A program made the position numbers and the translations under genes. Source: the human T2T-CHM13v2.0 reference genome, Homo sapiens. From it: a stretch of DNA of 64,000 nt. Positions 1 to 12,575 of this stretch are shown here, piece after piece (position 1 is the stretch's first letter; each line of letters starts with the position of its first letter). Location: assembly GCF_009914755.1 (NCBI RefSeq), contig NC_060945.1; one strand, given 5' to 3'. The notes beneath the pieces are model-generated. The model ran no database searches and was not told the DNA's origin. It saw only the letters and a list, made by a program, of their open reading frames with translations.

Positions 1-2389
1 TAAACGTTTATGGAACTTTATTATATGAGTGGTGAAGAATGAAGATGCAAAAAGTTAATTTGTTGGAGAGTAAGGAAGATGGTAAGATGATGTATTCTTC
101 CATTGCTTGGAAAGATGGGTTAGGAGGAAATGATGACCCAAAGAGTATATATTTTAGCAGGGATGGGCCAAGAAAGGTGGTTCAGATCTAAAGCCATAAG
201 TAGCAAGCATTTATCTGAACATACCCCTATGGGGTGCTGGGAAACATGAGGAAGGCTGGCAAATGGGCTCAAAGACATCATACAAGACTGAGGGTTAGGA
301 CCCAGTCTGCATTTACTTAGCCCACGTTACAATGGGACAACAAACTCAAAAACACAGTGGAATGCCTTGAGGAAAAGCTCAGTTCTTGCAAAAAACTGGA
401 ATGCAAATTACAAGCGGGACTATGGGACACAGAAAAAATTACTATCAAGCAACTGGAATTCCTCTGAAAGTCTCACATGTTTGAGACAAACAGGGAATAC
501 CTAGGAATTGTACCTGAAATTAACAGCCCTGGTGCTAAAGCCTTGGGGGACTGTTTAAGGACAGATCTGTCTCGAGATGGTCTTTAAAGAGTACTAGGTT
601 TTATGTAGGATTATAGTACACTTGGCTACAGTCTGGGATAAAGTAACCTGACACAGTACATCTATTTTTGGTATCAGTTCACATCTAATTGAAGTGAATA
701 ACTACAACTGTAAACCAGTGACTGGCTCAAGCAGAAACTGCAAAGTGGTTGCTGTTACTCTGCAAGCAGCTCATGAGGTTCTCTTCTAGGCCTATACATT
801 TGGCCCACATTCCATTTTTTATGTTTGAATTAGTTGCCAAAAATCACCATTTGGAGGAGCATTGTTCAAGGTGTGGCTTCATTCCTCCATGACTCTGTCT
901 TGGCCCATGCTACCTGTTATGTTCCTGATCCTGAATTTAAAGGATGGCAGGGAGCAAAAAGATGAAACCCCTCTAGTTTTCAAAAATTCTTTTAAAAGTA
1001 GGATATAGAATGATGTTGGCCTAAATTGTTTTAATTTACATATATCTAAATGCAAATTCTAGGATTGGATTCTAGAGAAAAATCATAGCTGTCCTACTTG
1101 TAACAAACATTTGCAGTGTAAAAATGTCTAGATGAAAATAAAGCGTAACTAAGCCAGATGGATGGGGAAGTGATATAACTAATAAGAGTTTAAATAAAGT
1201 AATTGGTTTTATGATTTTGTAAGTAGAAAGTGAGAATCATAGAAAACTTAAAAATATATGAAATTATAAAGAAAAAAAAATCACCCACGATTCTACTACC
1301 TGAAGACAACTGTTGGGATTTTCTTGTGTCTTTTCTCTATGTGGAATGTCACATTCCTTCTGTTTTTAAATCAAATTAAATTGTAGTCCTCACCAGCTGA
1401 GTTGGAGGAAAATCCCAGTAATTATTAACTCCTATCTTGGATGGAGATTGGGTAGGCAGGGTGTCTTTCAAAAGAGTCGTGTGTGGTTTTCTGCAGTTGA
1501 ATTCTGAAAAAGAGTGTGGTTCTCCATTCCACACTGGCCACCACAGTTCTCCAACTTTTTTAAGCCAGGTGTAGGAACCTTTGATATGGGCTCCCAGTCC
1601 ATGAGTTTTAATATTCTACCATTTTTCCCCCAAACCTATGAAAGGGCACCACACAATTGCACTATTCCTCCAAAAGTTCTATTACTAGTAGGCTGGCTGT
1701 CACCATGTAGAAGGAAACTGAGGGGGAAAAAGAGTCTCAACCACTTCCCAGTGATGGGAGAAGCTCCTCATCTCTCCATTGCTAATTCCCCTGTTTCTGC
1801 TTTTTCACTCTAGAAACACTTGCCTCTCAGCCATCCCTCCATATCCCCACTTAGCACAACCTTTTCTAGGAAGCTGGGGTGGAGGTGAGCATGGCATCTG
1901 TGGAGTGTCAGGAAACTTCTGCTTTGGACCTTCCCATTATTATTATGCCTATAACAATTTTATTAATATAATTTTATTATAGGCATAATACAATTTTAAA
2001 AATAATTAAACCTAAAAAAAGAGATAAAAGAGAGTCCTGGGTTGGGTGGACAGTCACACTGTTACAAGTAGAACAAAGAGATGTGAAAGTCTCCAATGAG
2101 ATATGGAAACACAGAGAATGGGTGACTTTCTTGAAATAATAACAACAAAAAAAACTCTATATCAGGAGGAACCAAAACCAATTAATTTCTCACAAATTTT
2201 TTCTGCTATATATAGTTGATATAATTAGAATCATACCATATATGCAATTGTCTATTTTTTGTTACATTATAACTAAGCATTTTTCAATGTTGTTAAAAAC
2301 TCTAAGCAAACGTAATTAAGAGCTGCAGAGTACTCAAGCATGAGTATGCATCTATGCACATAACATTAGAAAAGACATCATAATATGGG

Positions 2390-2585
2390 AGTCAGGAGAA
2401 GCAGCTATGGAACCAGACTGTAGAAATTCCAATCCCAGCTCTGCACTTGTAACTAGCATAATCTTGATATGGTAATTAACCTCATCGCGCCTCAGTATCT
2501 TCATCTGTAAAATGGGCATAATAACCTGCATTCAGGTTCCCATGAACACTAAATAAGCCAATCTATGTAAAGTCCTGAGAAGAGG
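2390..2585 (+). mobile_element. MIR SINE fragment
   Basis: MIR core-like text: aatcccagctctgcacttgtaactagc...aacctc...cctcagtatcttcatctgtaaaatggg. Boundaries approximate. Confidence 0.7.
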
Positions 2586-2634
2586 GACTTACAGAGTGGA
2601 CAAAAGGCTGACAATTATTTTAGTATATTGCTGT

Positions 2635-2850
2635 GCTGTGTGTTTAAGACTAGGTACTCTAGACAGCCACCCCTCTGTTTGAATCTGGGCTCTGCGTTCT
2701 ATCATCTGTGTGACCTTTGGGAAATTACTCAGCTTCTCTGAGTTTCAGTTTTCTCATTGATATGGTAGTACATTTTTGGGGGTTGTTGTGCAGATTAAAT
2801 ACAATACCAAAAATGAACCCCTCAGCAAAATTCCTGGCAAAAGTCTTCAA
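2635..2850 (+). mobile_element. MIR SINE fragment
   Basis: tttgaatctgggctctg...tgtgtgacctttgggaaattactcagcttctctgagtttcagttttctcat matches the MIR core pattern. Confidence 0.65.
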
Positions 2851-3290
2851 TATATTATGACTTAATCTTTCCATATCCCCTGTGCCTAACCCATAGCCTT
2901 TAAGTGCTCAAAAAATATTAGTTGTATAGAGGTTTACTGATTAAAAAGCTGAGTTGTAATGTACTAACGTGTTTATTAAAAGACCTTGAGAAATACACAA
3001 GGATTTAGTAATAGAAAATATCCATGTGGAAGGAGATTGGGGAGAAGTAAGGGGAATTCACTTTTTCTGTCTTCAAAGTTTACAATGAAAAGAAATTTCA
3101 CATTTTAAAAAAAAAGAGGCAAGAGCAGGGTCCTGCAGATTCCTGAGATGGGTGGACAGTCACACTGCTACAAGTAGAACAAAGGAAAAAGCCGAGTGGA
3201 ACATGTATTCCAGATCTTTCCAACAGGCTTCAGATCTCACTTTCTTTTGACCTTCCCTTTGAGCTCAAATCAACAATCTACCAAGACAGA

Positions 3291-3667
3291 TGATAAGGCT
3301 TGGCTGCGTCCCCACCCAAATCTCATCTTGAATTGTAGTTCTCATAATCGCCACATGTTGCAGGAGGGACCAGGTGGAGATAATTGAATCACAGGGGTGG
3401 TTTCTCCCATCCTGTTCTCCCGATAGTGAGTTAGTTCTCATGAGACCTGATGATTTTATAAGGCCTTCCCCCTTTGCTGGGCACTCATTCTTCTCCTTCC
3501 TGCCATCATGTGAAGAAGGACGTGTTTGCTTCCCCTTCTGCCATGATTGTAAGTTTACTGAGGCCTACCCAGCCATGCCAAACTGTGAGTTAATTAAACT
3601 TCTTTCCTTCATAAATTACCCACTATTGGGTACGTCTTTACTAGCAGTGTGAGAACAGACTAATACA
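3291..3667 (+). mobile_element. THE1 (ERVL-MaLR) solo LTR
   Basis: Starts tgataaggcttggctgcgtccccacccaaatctcatcttgaattgtag and ends gagaacagactaataca. Perfect 5-bp TSD ACAGA at 3286-3290 and 3668-3672. Confidence 0.93.
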
Positions 3668-3704
3668 ACAGAATTGTGGTGTTTTCCCTGAATGAGTAGT
3701 TTTC

Positions 3705-3740
<36 letters not shown>
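3705..3740. repeat. (AT)n(GT)n compound microsatellite
   Basis: Read directly: atatatatat followed by a gt run. Confidence 0.95.
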
Positions 3741-4429
3741 ATTACCATTGTAATATATCCTATTGTAATACATTATATTAAAATCTTCTCTGTGTTGCAG
3801 TGAAGTGGTAAAAAAAGCAGTTTGTGTTTGTATGGGAAAGAATTCGGCACAGTTGGCAAGATCATGAATTTCCCGGGACTTCATATTTCCCTGTGTGCAG
3901 ATGGGTGTTGCTAACAACCCCACTCACACATGGACCTGGTGAAGAGGTGATTGGTGAGCTTTTCAGTAGACTCTCCTAGGTGGGTTAGGCCACTTCATCC
4001 AGCACTTTGGCAGCAGCTATTCACAGATGAGGGCACTGTGCTCAGAGTAAGGCATGATTTATAAAGAAGGGGCTGACCGTTCATTCCACTTGTCAGATCA
4101 CGGATGGAAAGCTCTGGCCATTGGGTCTGCTCACCTTTCTCCTGCCAGATCCCAGTTCAGATTAGCGAAGCAGTCAGCCTATCTCTTGTGCATTACAGCT
4201 TACTTCCTTTTGTGAAGGAACCTGCCATTTGGCTGCAGATATATTCAAATTTGCAGGTCTCAGAGAAAGGAGAAAGCTCCAGGTGCCAAGCTGATAGAAA
4301 GATCTGTGTTCTTTGGTGGTGTCTTGTGAGCCTGAGATTTCAGAGAAAATGGTGTAAACTAGCTCAGATGCCACAGTATCAAATCAGAAAGAAAGGAAAA
4401 GACTTGGGCCTAAAGGCCTTGTTTTGGGT

Positions 4430-4630
4430 GGAAAAAAGTCCAGACATCAAGACAACTTTGATTCAAATCCTGGCATTGCCATTTACCAGCGGTTTGACTT
4501 TGGCTTTCTTATCCTGGAAGGACTTCAGCTTCCTCATCTATCAAACAGGGATAAAAAATATCTACCTCAGAGAACTTTCAGGGGAAAATAATGGCATAAA
4601 TTGCTAGCATTTGATAGACATTCAACAATA
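4430..4630 (+). mobile_element. MIR SINE fragment
   Basis: ttcaaatcctggcattgccatttaccagc...cttcagcttcctcatctatcaaacagggataa matches the MIR core. Confidence 0.65.
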
Positions 4631-4742
4631 ATAATAACAACTGTAATCACGAGTGGCTTTTATGTACATTCAGAGGATAGGGCCTACCCAGTGCCCACAC
4701 CTTGGCAACTTGAGGTCTGCTAAATGTCAGCCAACTTGTTGA

Positions 4743-5091
<349 letters not shown>

Positions 5092-5189
5092 CAATTTTGT
5101 CTTCTACATTTTAATAGAAGGCATTTATGAATAGCTTTCTTATCAATTTAAACATTTTGAGTAGGTCAACCCCAAGGAGCTATTACTCC

Positions 5190-5906
5190 ATACCCTTTAG
5201 GATGGCTATAATCAAAATAGCAGAAAACGACAAGTGTTGGTGAGGGTGTAGAGAAATTGGAACCCTCGTATATTGCTGGTAGAAATGTAAAAGGGGGTAG
5301 CTGTCATGGAAAATGGTTTGGAAGTTCCTCAGAAAGCTACATATGGAATTACCACATGACTCAGCAAGTCACTTCTACGTAAATAACCAAAATAATTGAA
5401 AACAGAGGCTCAAACAGGTACTCACATGCTAGTGTGTATTGAAGTACTATTCCCAACAGTCAAAAGGTGGGAACAACCCTAATGTCCATCTACAGATGAA
5501 TAGATAAAATGTTATATACATATGATAAAATATTATTTAGCCATAAAAAGGAATAAAATTTTGATACATGCTACAACATGGATGATACTTGAAGACATTA
5601 TGCTAAATGAAATTAGTCAGACACAAAGTGACAACTATTGTATGATTCCACTGATATGAAATCTCTAGAGTAGGCAGATTCATAGAAACAGAAAGTAGAT
5701 CAGAGGTTACCAGGGGATGAGGAGAGTGGAGAACAGAAAGTTATTGCTTAATGAATACAGAGTTTCTGTTTAGGTTGATGAAAATTTTTGGAAATCGAAA
5801 GTTGTGAGGGTTGCACAACATTGTGAATGTAATTAATGCCACTTAATTGTCAACTTAAAAGTAGTTACAGTGGCAAATTTTGTTATATATGTTTTACCAC
5901 AATAAA
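5190..5906 (+). mobile_element. Old L1M (L1MB/MC-like) ORF2 end and 3' UTR
   Basis: aggatggctataatcaaa...caagtgttggtgagggtgtagagaaattggaaccctc...atgattccactgatatgaaatctctagagtaggcag...ttttaccacaataaaa. Confidence 0.85.
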
Positions 5907-5959
5907 ATGCTTTACAAAGTAAATAAATATATGACCTCTTATTTTTAAAATGTTTTGAA

Positions 5960-6680
5960 TAGTTACACATCCACATAGCTCAAAAATCAAAGCAGTATAC
6001 ATTGATAATTCTTACTCTTCTCTCCAATCTCATCAGTTTTGTTCCTTTCATCAGTTCCCACAGGTAACCCCTGTTATTAGTTTTTAATTTATATTTTAAG
6101 TATATCTTTATGCAAATAGAAAGCAAGACTAAATACAAATTTTTTGCCTCTTTCATGTATACATATATTAACACATATGTACTGTTCTATGTCTTTGTTT
6201 TTCCATTTAAAGATACATCCTAGAGATATTTCCAGTATATAAAGAGCTGCCGCTTTCTTTTGTACTACTGTATAATAGTCAATTGTGTGGATATACCATG
6301 GTTAATTTAACCAGTCCCTTAGTGAAGAAGTTTAAGTTGTTTTGAATTTTGATATTTACAGAACTCTGCAAGAAATAATTTTATATATTTGTCATTCATA
6401 TATGCAGGGTTTTTTTTATAGGATCAAGTCCTAAGATTGGAATTGCTGAAATCCAAGAACAATTGCATTTGTAAGTTTGATAGCTATTCCTAGTGCTCCT
6501 CCACAAGTCTTGAATCACCAGCAATGACATAACAAAATCTTCTTGTGTTAAAATTGTTTGGCCAATATCATTAGTAAAAAAATGACACCTGAGGATCTTT
6601 TCTATTTATATTGCCCTTATGAGTACAGCTTAGCATCTTTTCATATACTTAGAGATCACTTAGTTTTCTATTGATCTACA
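5960..6680 (-). mobile_element. Very old L1M (L1ME-like) 3' fragment
   Basis: Antisense L1M-type phrases: attgtgtggatataccatggttaatttaaccagtccc, taagattggaattgctg, agcatcttttcatatactt. Confidence 0.6.
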
Positions 6681-9600
6681 AGTTTTCCAAATCCTAAGGA
6701 ATGAATGTCAATGAAAGTGTTTGAGACTGGGACAGGTGGGAGGGAGATAACTGGGGGATTGGAGTCTGTCTCATTCTCCCCATTCTTATTCCCATGAAAC
6801 ACAATCTAGGTAGTTGTGTCTTCCTCAGGCAAAAGCTGCTTCTTAATATCCAGGAAAAGCCTGCTTTCTGCTGGAACTCAGTGAGGTTTTAGGGAGAAGG
6901 CAGTCTGCCTTCTGTGTGCAGAGGTTCACAATTAGTAAGAAAAGTGAACTGTGAGTCAATAAGCTTAATAAAATCACTTTGTCTAATGTCCTACCAACAT
7001 TTTCATGCAATTTCCAAAGAGCCACCTGTGAAAATCTTCTCAAGAAAGATGATCACCTGAGCTTGCAGATTTCATACTATATAGCTCTACAGAGTCTTGG
7101 GAGAAACCACAAAGCCATTCAATCATCCCCTTTGAGATGGGAATAAATAACAACAATGCCACATAAATAGCGTCAGTTGGCTGTGGGGGCAAGCTGTCAT
7201 TTCCAGGAGAGGGATGTGGTTTTCTACCCAAGGGTGCAGCATATGATCATATTAAAAAATTCCAAAGATAGCAGAATTCAAATGTGTCATTTTTGTCATT
7301 AAGCTGCCTGCAGGTGTTCCATTTAGATCAGATGACACATTTGCAAAAACCAGAAGGAAAAGAGTGGGCTTTTGCTTAATTCATTGAATCCCAGAAGAAA
7401 ATGAACACTTTTTTTTTCCCATGACAAACTGGAATTTGCCTCAGATGAGCTTGACATATTGCCAGCCTGCGGTCTGACTTTGTCTGAGAACATCACTGCA
7501 CTCCTCCAAAGTTGCCAGGATCAGAGGCCAAAAGGAAAAAGAATGGGGCTTTTCTAAGGCTGCTGGATGATATCTTCCCCACAATCCATCTTGATGTGTC
7601 ACTGCAAGTGTCCAGGGGACAAGGGTCAGAGAGAAAAACAAAAAGGGAGGCATTCTTGGGCCCAGAAATGACTTCTGATAAGAGGAAATAAGCAAGGGAC
7701 ATGATAGATTCAGGACACCTATAACCAACCTGAGGTGGACCAGAATTTCTAAGTTTTTAACCAAGAAATATTGATTTATGTATATTATGCTTTATGGCAC
7801 TTTAGAGCAATTTATAACACTTACATTAAGGAATGGATGGGCCGGGAGAAAAGCCAATATGGGCATGAAAAAAGATGAAGTGCTGTCAGGAATAGTGACT
7901 TTCAAGTATCAGGTGCAATTTCTTGCTTTTGCATTTTATCTGAACTATTTTAACATTAAACAAGAAAATGATTAGTGATTTTAAGTTACACAAACAAAAC
8001 AAAATGAGATAAATTGAACAGACCTAAAGGAATTCTTAAAACACACACACGCACACACACTCTCTCAACTGTTAAAGTCAGAAAACAAAAATAACACCCT
8101 TCTATATACACTTATTTTAAAAATGCATTTAAGTTGTGATATTATGTAAAATGAGGGGACCAAAGAGTATGGTATAAAATGTGTTTTTATTTCAAATATG
8201 AGTTGTGTTAATAAAAACAAACAAATGCAGCAAAATACTGTGGTTCTTTGCCAAGACAGTCACTTTTCTTTCCTAATACATTTTGATGAATCAGGAAAGA
8301 CCTCAGAGACGAGAGACACTTTCTTTGTACATGTCCCACAAGCACAGTTCCAGGATTTTGGCACTAAGTAAACAAATAAAAATATGCAACAGACATAAGA
8401 GATAATAGTAATGTGTATTGAGAAATATAATTTTATATAGTTGTTCCTTTTTCCCAAGATTCTTTATTAATATCACCAATAGTTATTACTAGAAAACACT
8501 TTCAGAGCTAGAAAGTTGCCAGAAACATTTCTAATTGACTACTGTTATAATTAATATTTTGAAATGCTGAGACATTTGCTAGGGTGGACAGCTCCTTCAA
8601 AACCCGGCCGTTATCTGACGAAAGAGCCTAGGCTCAAATAAGAATTAAACACAAGTTGGAAGTAAGGTGAGGCACAGTGGAATTTTTTTAGGATGGATAT
8701 AGTTTTCAATAACCTTAATTTGGAATTTTTCCTTTGGGATAATGACTTTGAGTCTATAGAAATATTGTATGCATTATAGACGAATTGATTTTTTAACTAA
8801 ATTCTGAAAGGCTTAAGTAAAATGATTTGATGATCAAGTCAGATGCATTTCTAAGGAAGTGAGGATCACATTAGACAGAAAGTTTGGGTTTGGTGTATAA
8901 TAATTGAAATAAAGACTCTGATAAGATGTATCAATGTCTTGTGTTTAATGATCTCAGGAAGTAGGAATGATATTAGCAGGCAATGTAACACTAGCATAGA
9001 GCACTGAAGACAAGATTAAATCTGACTTCATGTAGGTGAACAAAAAACATATGGAAAGCAAAAAGCTGAGTACAAGGATAAAGGAAAGAATATGAAGGAA
9101 TAAACCTCAATAGAAATTGGTTTAATTTAATTTGGGAAAAATCTGCTTCATAATAGGGAAATAAGTGGGACCAAGGAAGAATATATTTCCCAATCATCTG
9201 ACATCATGATCTTTCTCAGCCTAATATCTATGCTGAATTCATGTATTGATTTAGATCATACAATTTAGGCTGACCTTCAAAGTTTGGTCCTAATCTAATC
9301 CTCCAGTGATAGTTCCCCAAACTCCCCATCATTCCAAGCAATTCATTCTATGTATCCTCAAAACACACAAGGGACCTCCACATATAGTGGTATGTATTGA
9401 TTGGCTGAGTATTAGCTGATACTTGAACACTTCTTCCAGCATCAGCTTCCCACTTCCTCAGACCCTGGATCCTAGCACTCTATCACATTGTTTTAAGATC
9501 CCCTTTGTATTCAGGCAACCCTCTTGGGTGGAGGCTCTTTCAGGATGGCTCAAGAACAGCTTCATTTGCCCCATGGGGAAACTGAGCCTGTTATTGTAAG

Positions 9601-11289
9601 CGTAGCTCCCTTTCTAGGACTTGTGTCATCTTGCTGCACCATGAGGAAGGCAGCTTTAGTGACTTCTGTCACCTTTAAATTTCTCAAACTTGTGTCTGGC
9701 CCCATTCTTTATTTCTATGCATTTCCCTGGGCATAAGAACACAAGTCGAACTCTCTCTTCAAAGCTTAGACTTGGTTGGAGGAGGTGGGAGAATGGTGTT
9801 CAGCAACTATATATGGCAGAGGCTATGGGGTTATCCCTTTCTCCGCAACAATTCTCTTTTCCTGGTTGGCTCCCCATGCTGGCAGAACCAGTTTCACTCC
9901 CATAACATGTGCTTTGCAGGGAGTCTGCTCCTTCAGCTTACTTGGGGATGTGAAAGTCACCATTTACTCTCAGCCTTTGATGCCTCAGACAAAATTGAGT
10001 TTAATGTTATTTGAACATATTATTTTTATATAATATTAGAAGTAGAAAGACTCTTTGGAGTTCTCTAATGCATCTCTTTCCAAAAAAAAAATTTTATTAT
10101 GTTAGTCCTTCAACCTTGACTTAAGTATATTAATTGCAGTTGAGTTCATCACTTTGGAGATAGCCAGCTTTAGCAAAATACCGCACATGGCTAGATTTTC
10201 CTTATATTAAGATACCATTTTTTGCTATAATTTTGCCTTATCTATTTTAGTTCTGTCCTCAAGAGCAAACACAGAATTTTTGGCATAAGATTGTCTCAGA
10301 ACATACTGCTGTGTAAAGGTGGCTGAGTAGTCAGCTGGGAGAAAATGGCAGGAATGGGAAGAAGTGACTTTAACTGAATCCAGGGGAAGATAATGGCCAA
10401 GAATCAGAATCAGATGCAAACACAGATATGGCAAAGACTACCCATTTGCAAGCAGGAATTAGGGATGAAAGGAAGATTAATTTTTTGTGAGTATGTTTGT
10501 ATGTATTAATGGACTGCTTAGTTCAGTGTCAATAACATGTGAATGTAGCTGTGGATATAGAGATAGGAGGCCATAGTAGCAGCACATCTAATGGAAGTCT
10601 TCAAAAATGAGTTAGGTTGACTTACAGCATTATGTACTTGGGTTGGAGAGGGGATACACATAGCTCAAAAAGTTAAAAACAAATCAGTTAAAATATTTTA
10701 TATGGCAATGTTTCTTTAGGCATTTAATGAATAATCACATCTTCCTCTAACAAAAATTAAAAAAGGAGCTTAAGGGGGCTGACCTGGACATAATGGTGGG
10801 GTGTGAGTGACAGTCAGCATTCTGGAAAGCCAAAACATTTAGGGAAACAGCCCTGCTGTGATCCCAAGAGTATAGCAGGCGGTTGAGGTTAAAAACCAAT
10901 TAATGAGGTTCAAATGGAGTGCTAAATAGCAAGAGGATTTAAAGCCAAATTTGGGGAGCTGGAACAGCCAGAAGATTGAGGAGCTGGAAATAACAGGTCA
11001 GGTGGCAAAGCCTGAGAGTGTTAGGCAAATATTTGAGATGAGTTCGTTATTTATAATTTGATTCCATGCTCTTTGCACCATGATGTGTGAGTGAACCAGT
11101 TAGATTTAAAGGGCTGTGGATGGAGCTCAGTGATGAACTGGCTTCACTGGGTCATTTCATTCACCTGTGGCTTGAAGTTATAGGGACAGAAAATGTGTAA
11201 AATTGGAGGGAGTAACCCCATTGTCCTTGATATATATGATGCTTTCCTGGTTGGTTGCTCCTACTTGGTGAAGACATAAAATGCCTTGA

Positions 11290-12575
11290 AACCTGATCTA
11301 ATCCCTCAAAGTCTGAATTTCTAGGTCTGCTTCAGCTCTCGTAAGAAGCAGCAGTCTAGGTGGCCAAAAGTAGTCTTGATCATTAAAAGTCCAGCTCTAA
11401 CATTAGTCAACTGACTTTCCCCAGTATTATTTCCTGAAGACATCAATCCTGGAAAGGGATTCCCTACTTCCTTTAAAATGAGAAGCCTTTGTTTATGTAA
11501 GGTAGAGTACACTGGCACCACAGTAAATATCAACCCAGTTTTTAAATGCCAGAAGTTTACAGATGTGACTGGGACTGGGGAAGCACTTCCCTTTCCCAAG
11601 GAGATTGTTTCTATCATCAAGGTAGAAAAATGAAGAACAAGTTAGGAGTAATCAACAGTGGACCCCAAAAATTACTGCATATTTCTAATCATCTTCAGGG
11701 ACATTTCACCAATATTTAGTCCAGTATTATGCCCTTGTGTTGGCAGGACAAAATATGGCCTAGGAATTCCATTCAGGTTCTTAAACACACATTTCTTAGG
11801 ACTGGGTCTGGGGTGATGCTCTTGCTTGTGTCTGAGGTTCTTGTAAGGCTAGATTCATTAAACAGATCAGGATTTTTGTCTAGACAAGTGATGATGAGCC
11901 CTTGCTCTAAGGCACCTTGCAGGAGGAAGGACACCAGCCTAATGGCATTCAGAGTTGTTAAGGGATGTCTGGGTGTCTGCCTGCCTTCCATCTGATGCCC
12001 TTTCAGATCCAGACAAGGTTGTAGGTGCCCCGAATACCCAATAATTCATTCACCAGAGAAGCAAGAAGAGGCCATAGCACCTGGATAATGAGTCTTGCTT
12101 AGCTTGGTCTAAGGGAATGGGGAAGATAGGAAGAAGAAAAGTTCTCCTTCAGGAAGGTAATGATTTTTGTGGGGAAATCGTAACCAGTACCATGTGGCCC
12201 AGGCAGGGTCCAAAGATGGTTAGTCTGAGTGTGGCAGTCTGGGCTCAGGTCACTGAGGGAGGATGGCTGCTTTGAAGCAGTGGGGCTTGTGTGTAACCGG
12301 TGCATAGATGGCTGATGGCAGAGGTGAGGAATGACTTTGGGGTGAGCAGAGAGAAAGCATCTGAAAGGTGGAGGAGCATCCCACCAGTTTCAAACAGTGG
12401 GGGTCTAGCACACGACTGTAGCTGCCAAGGAGGCTGAAAGTGATAGCGAGAGTTCTGCATGAGCCCCTCAGTACAGAAGAGAACTGACGAAGGAACCGGG
12501 ACTCCAGCAGCAACACTGCTGGAGGTCACAGCAACCAGAGAGGACAGTGGCCTTTTACCATCGGGAGTTATCTCA
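11290..12575 (-). mobile_element. Decayed Ty3/gypsy (Sushi-like) pol remnant: protease, RT and RNase H
   Basis: Hand translation of the minus strand across stops and frameshifts gives colinear motifs. DGKRPLSS (~12538-12562; protease-region IDGRPL). TLPGPHGTGYDF (LPPHRPYD). LGIRGTYNLVWI*KGIRWKAG (12041-11979; [21 protein letters not shown]). MPLGW (~11948-11934; MPFGL). ITCLDK/ILIC (~11893-11861; VYLDDILIYS). KCVF..EFLGHILS (~11794-11746). IRNMQ*FLGS..DYS*LVLHFST (LQRFLGFANYYRRFI..FS). FWHLK..IFTVVPV (AF..LK..FT.APVL). RAGLLMIKTTF (RELLAIK). Confidence 0.8.

Noticed and set aside
4104-4607. 167-aa ORF
   Set aside because: No recognisable domain, and the 3' part runs through a MIR fragment; consistent with a chance ORF.
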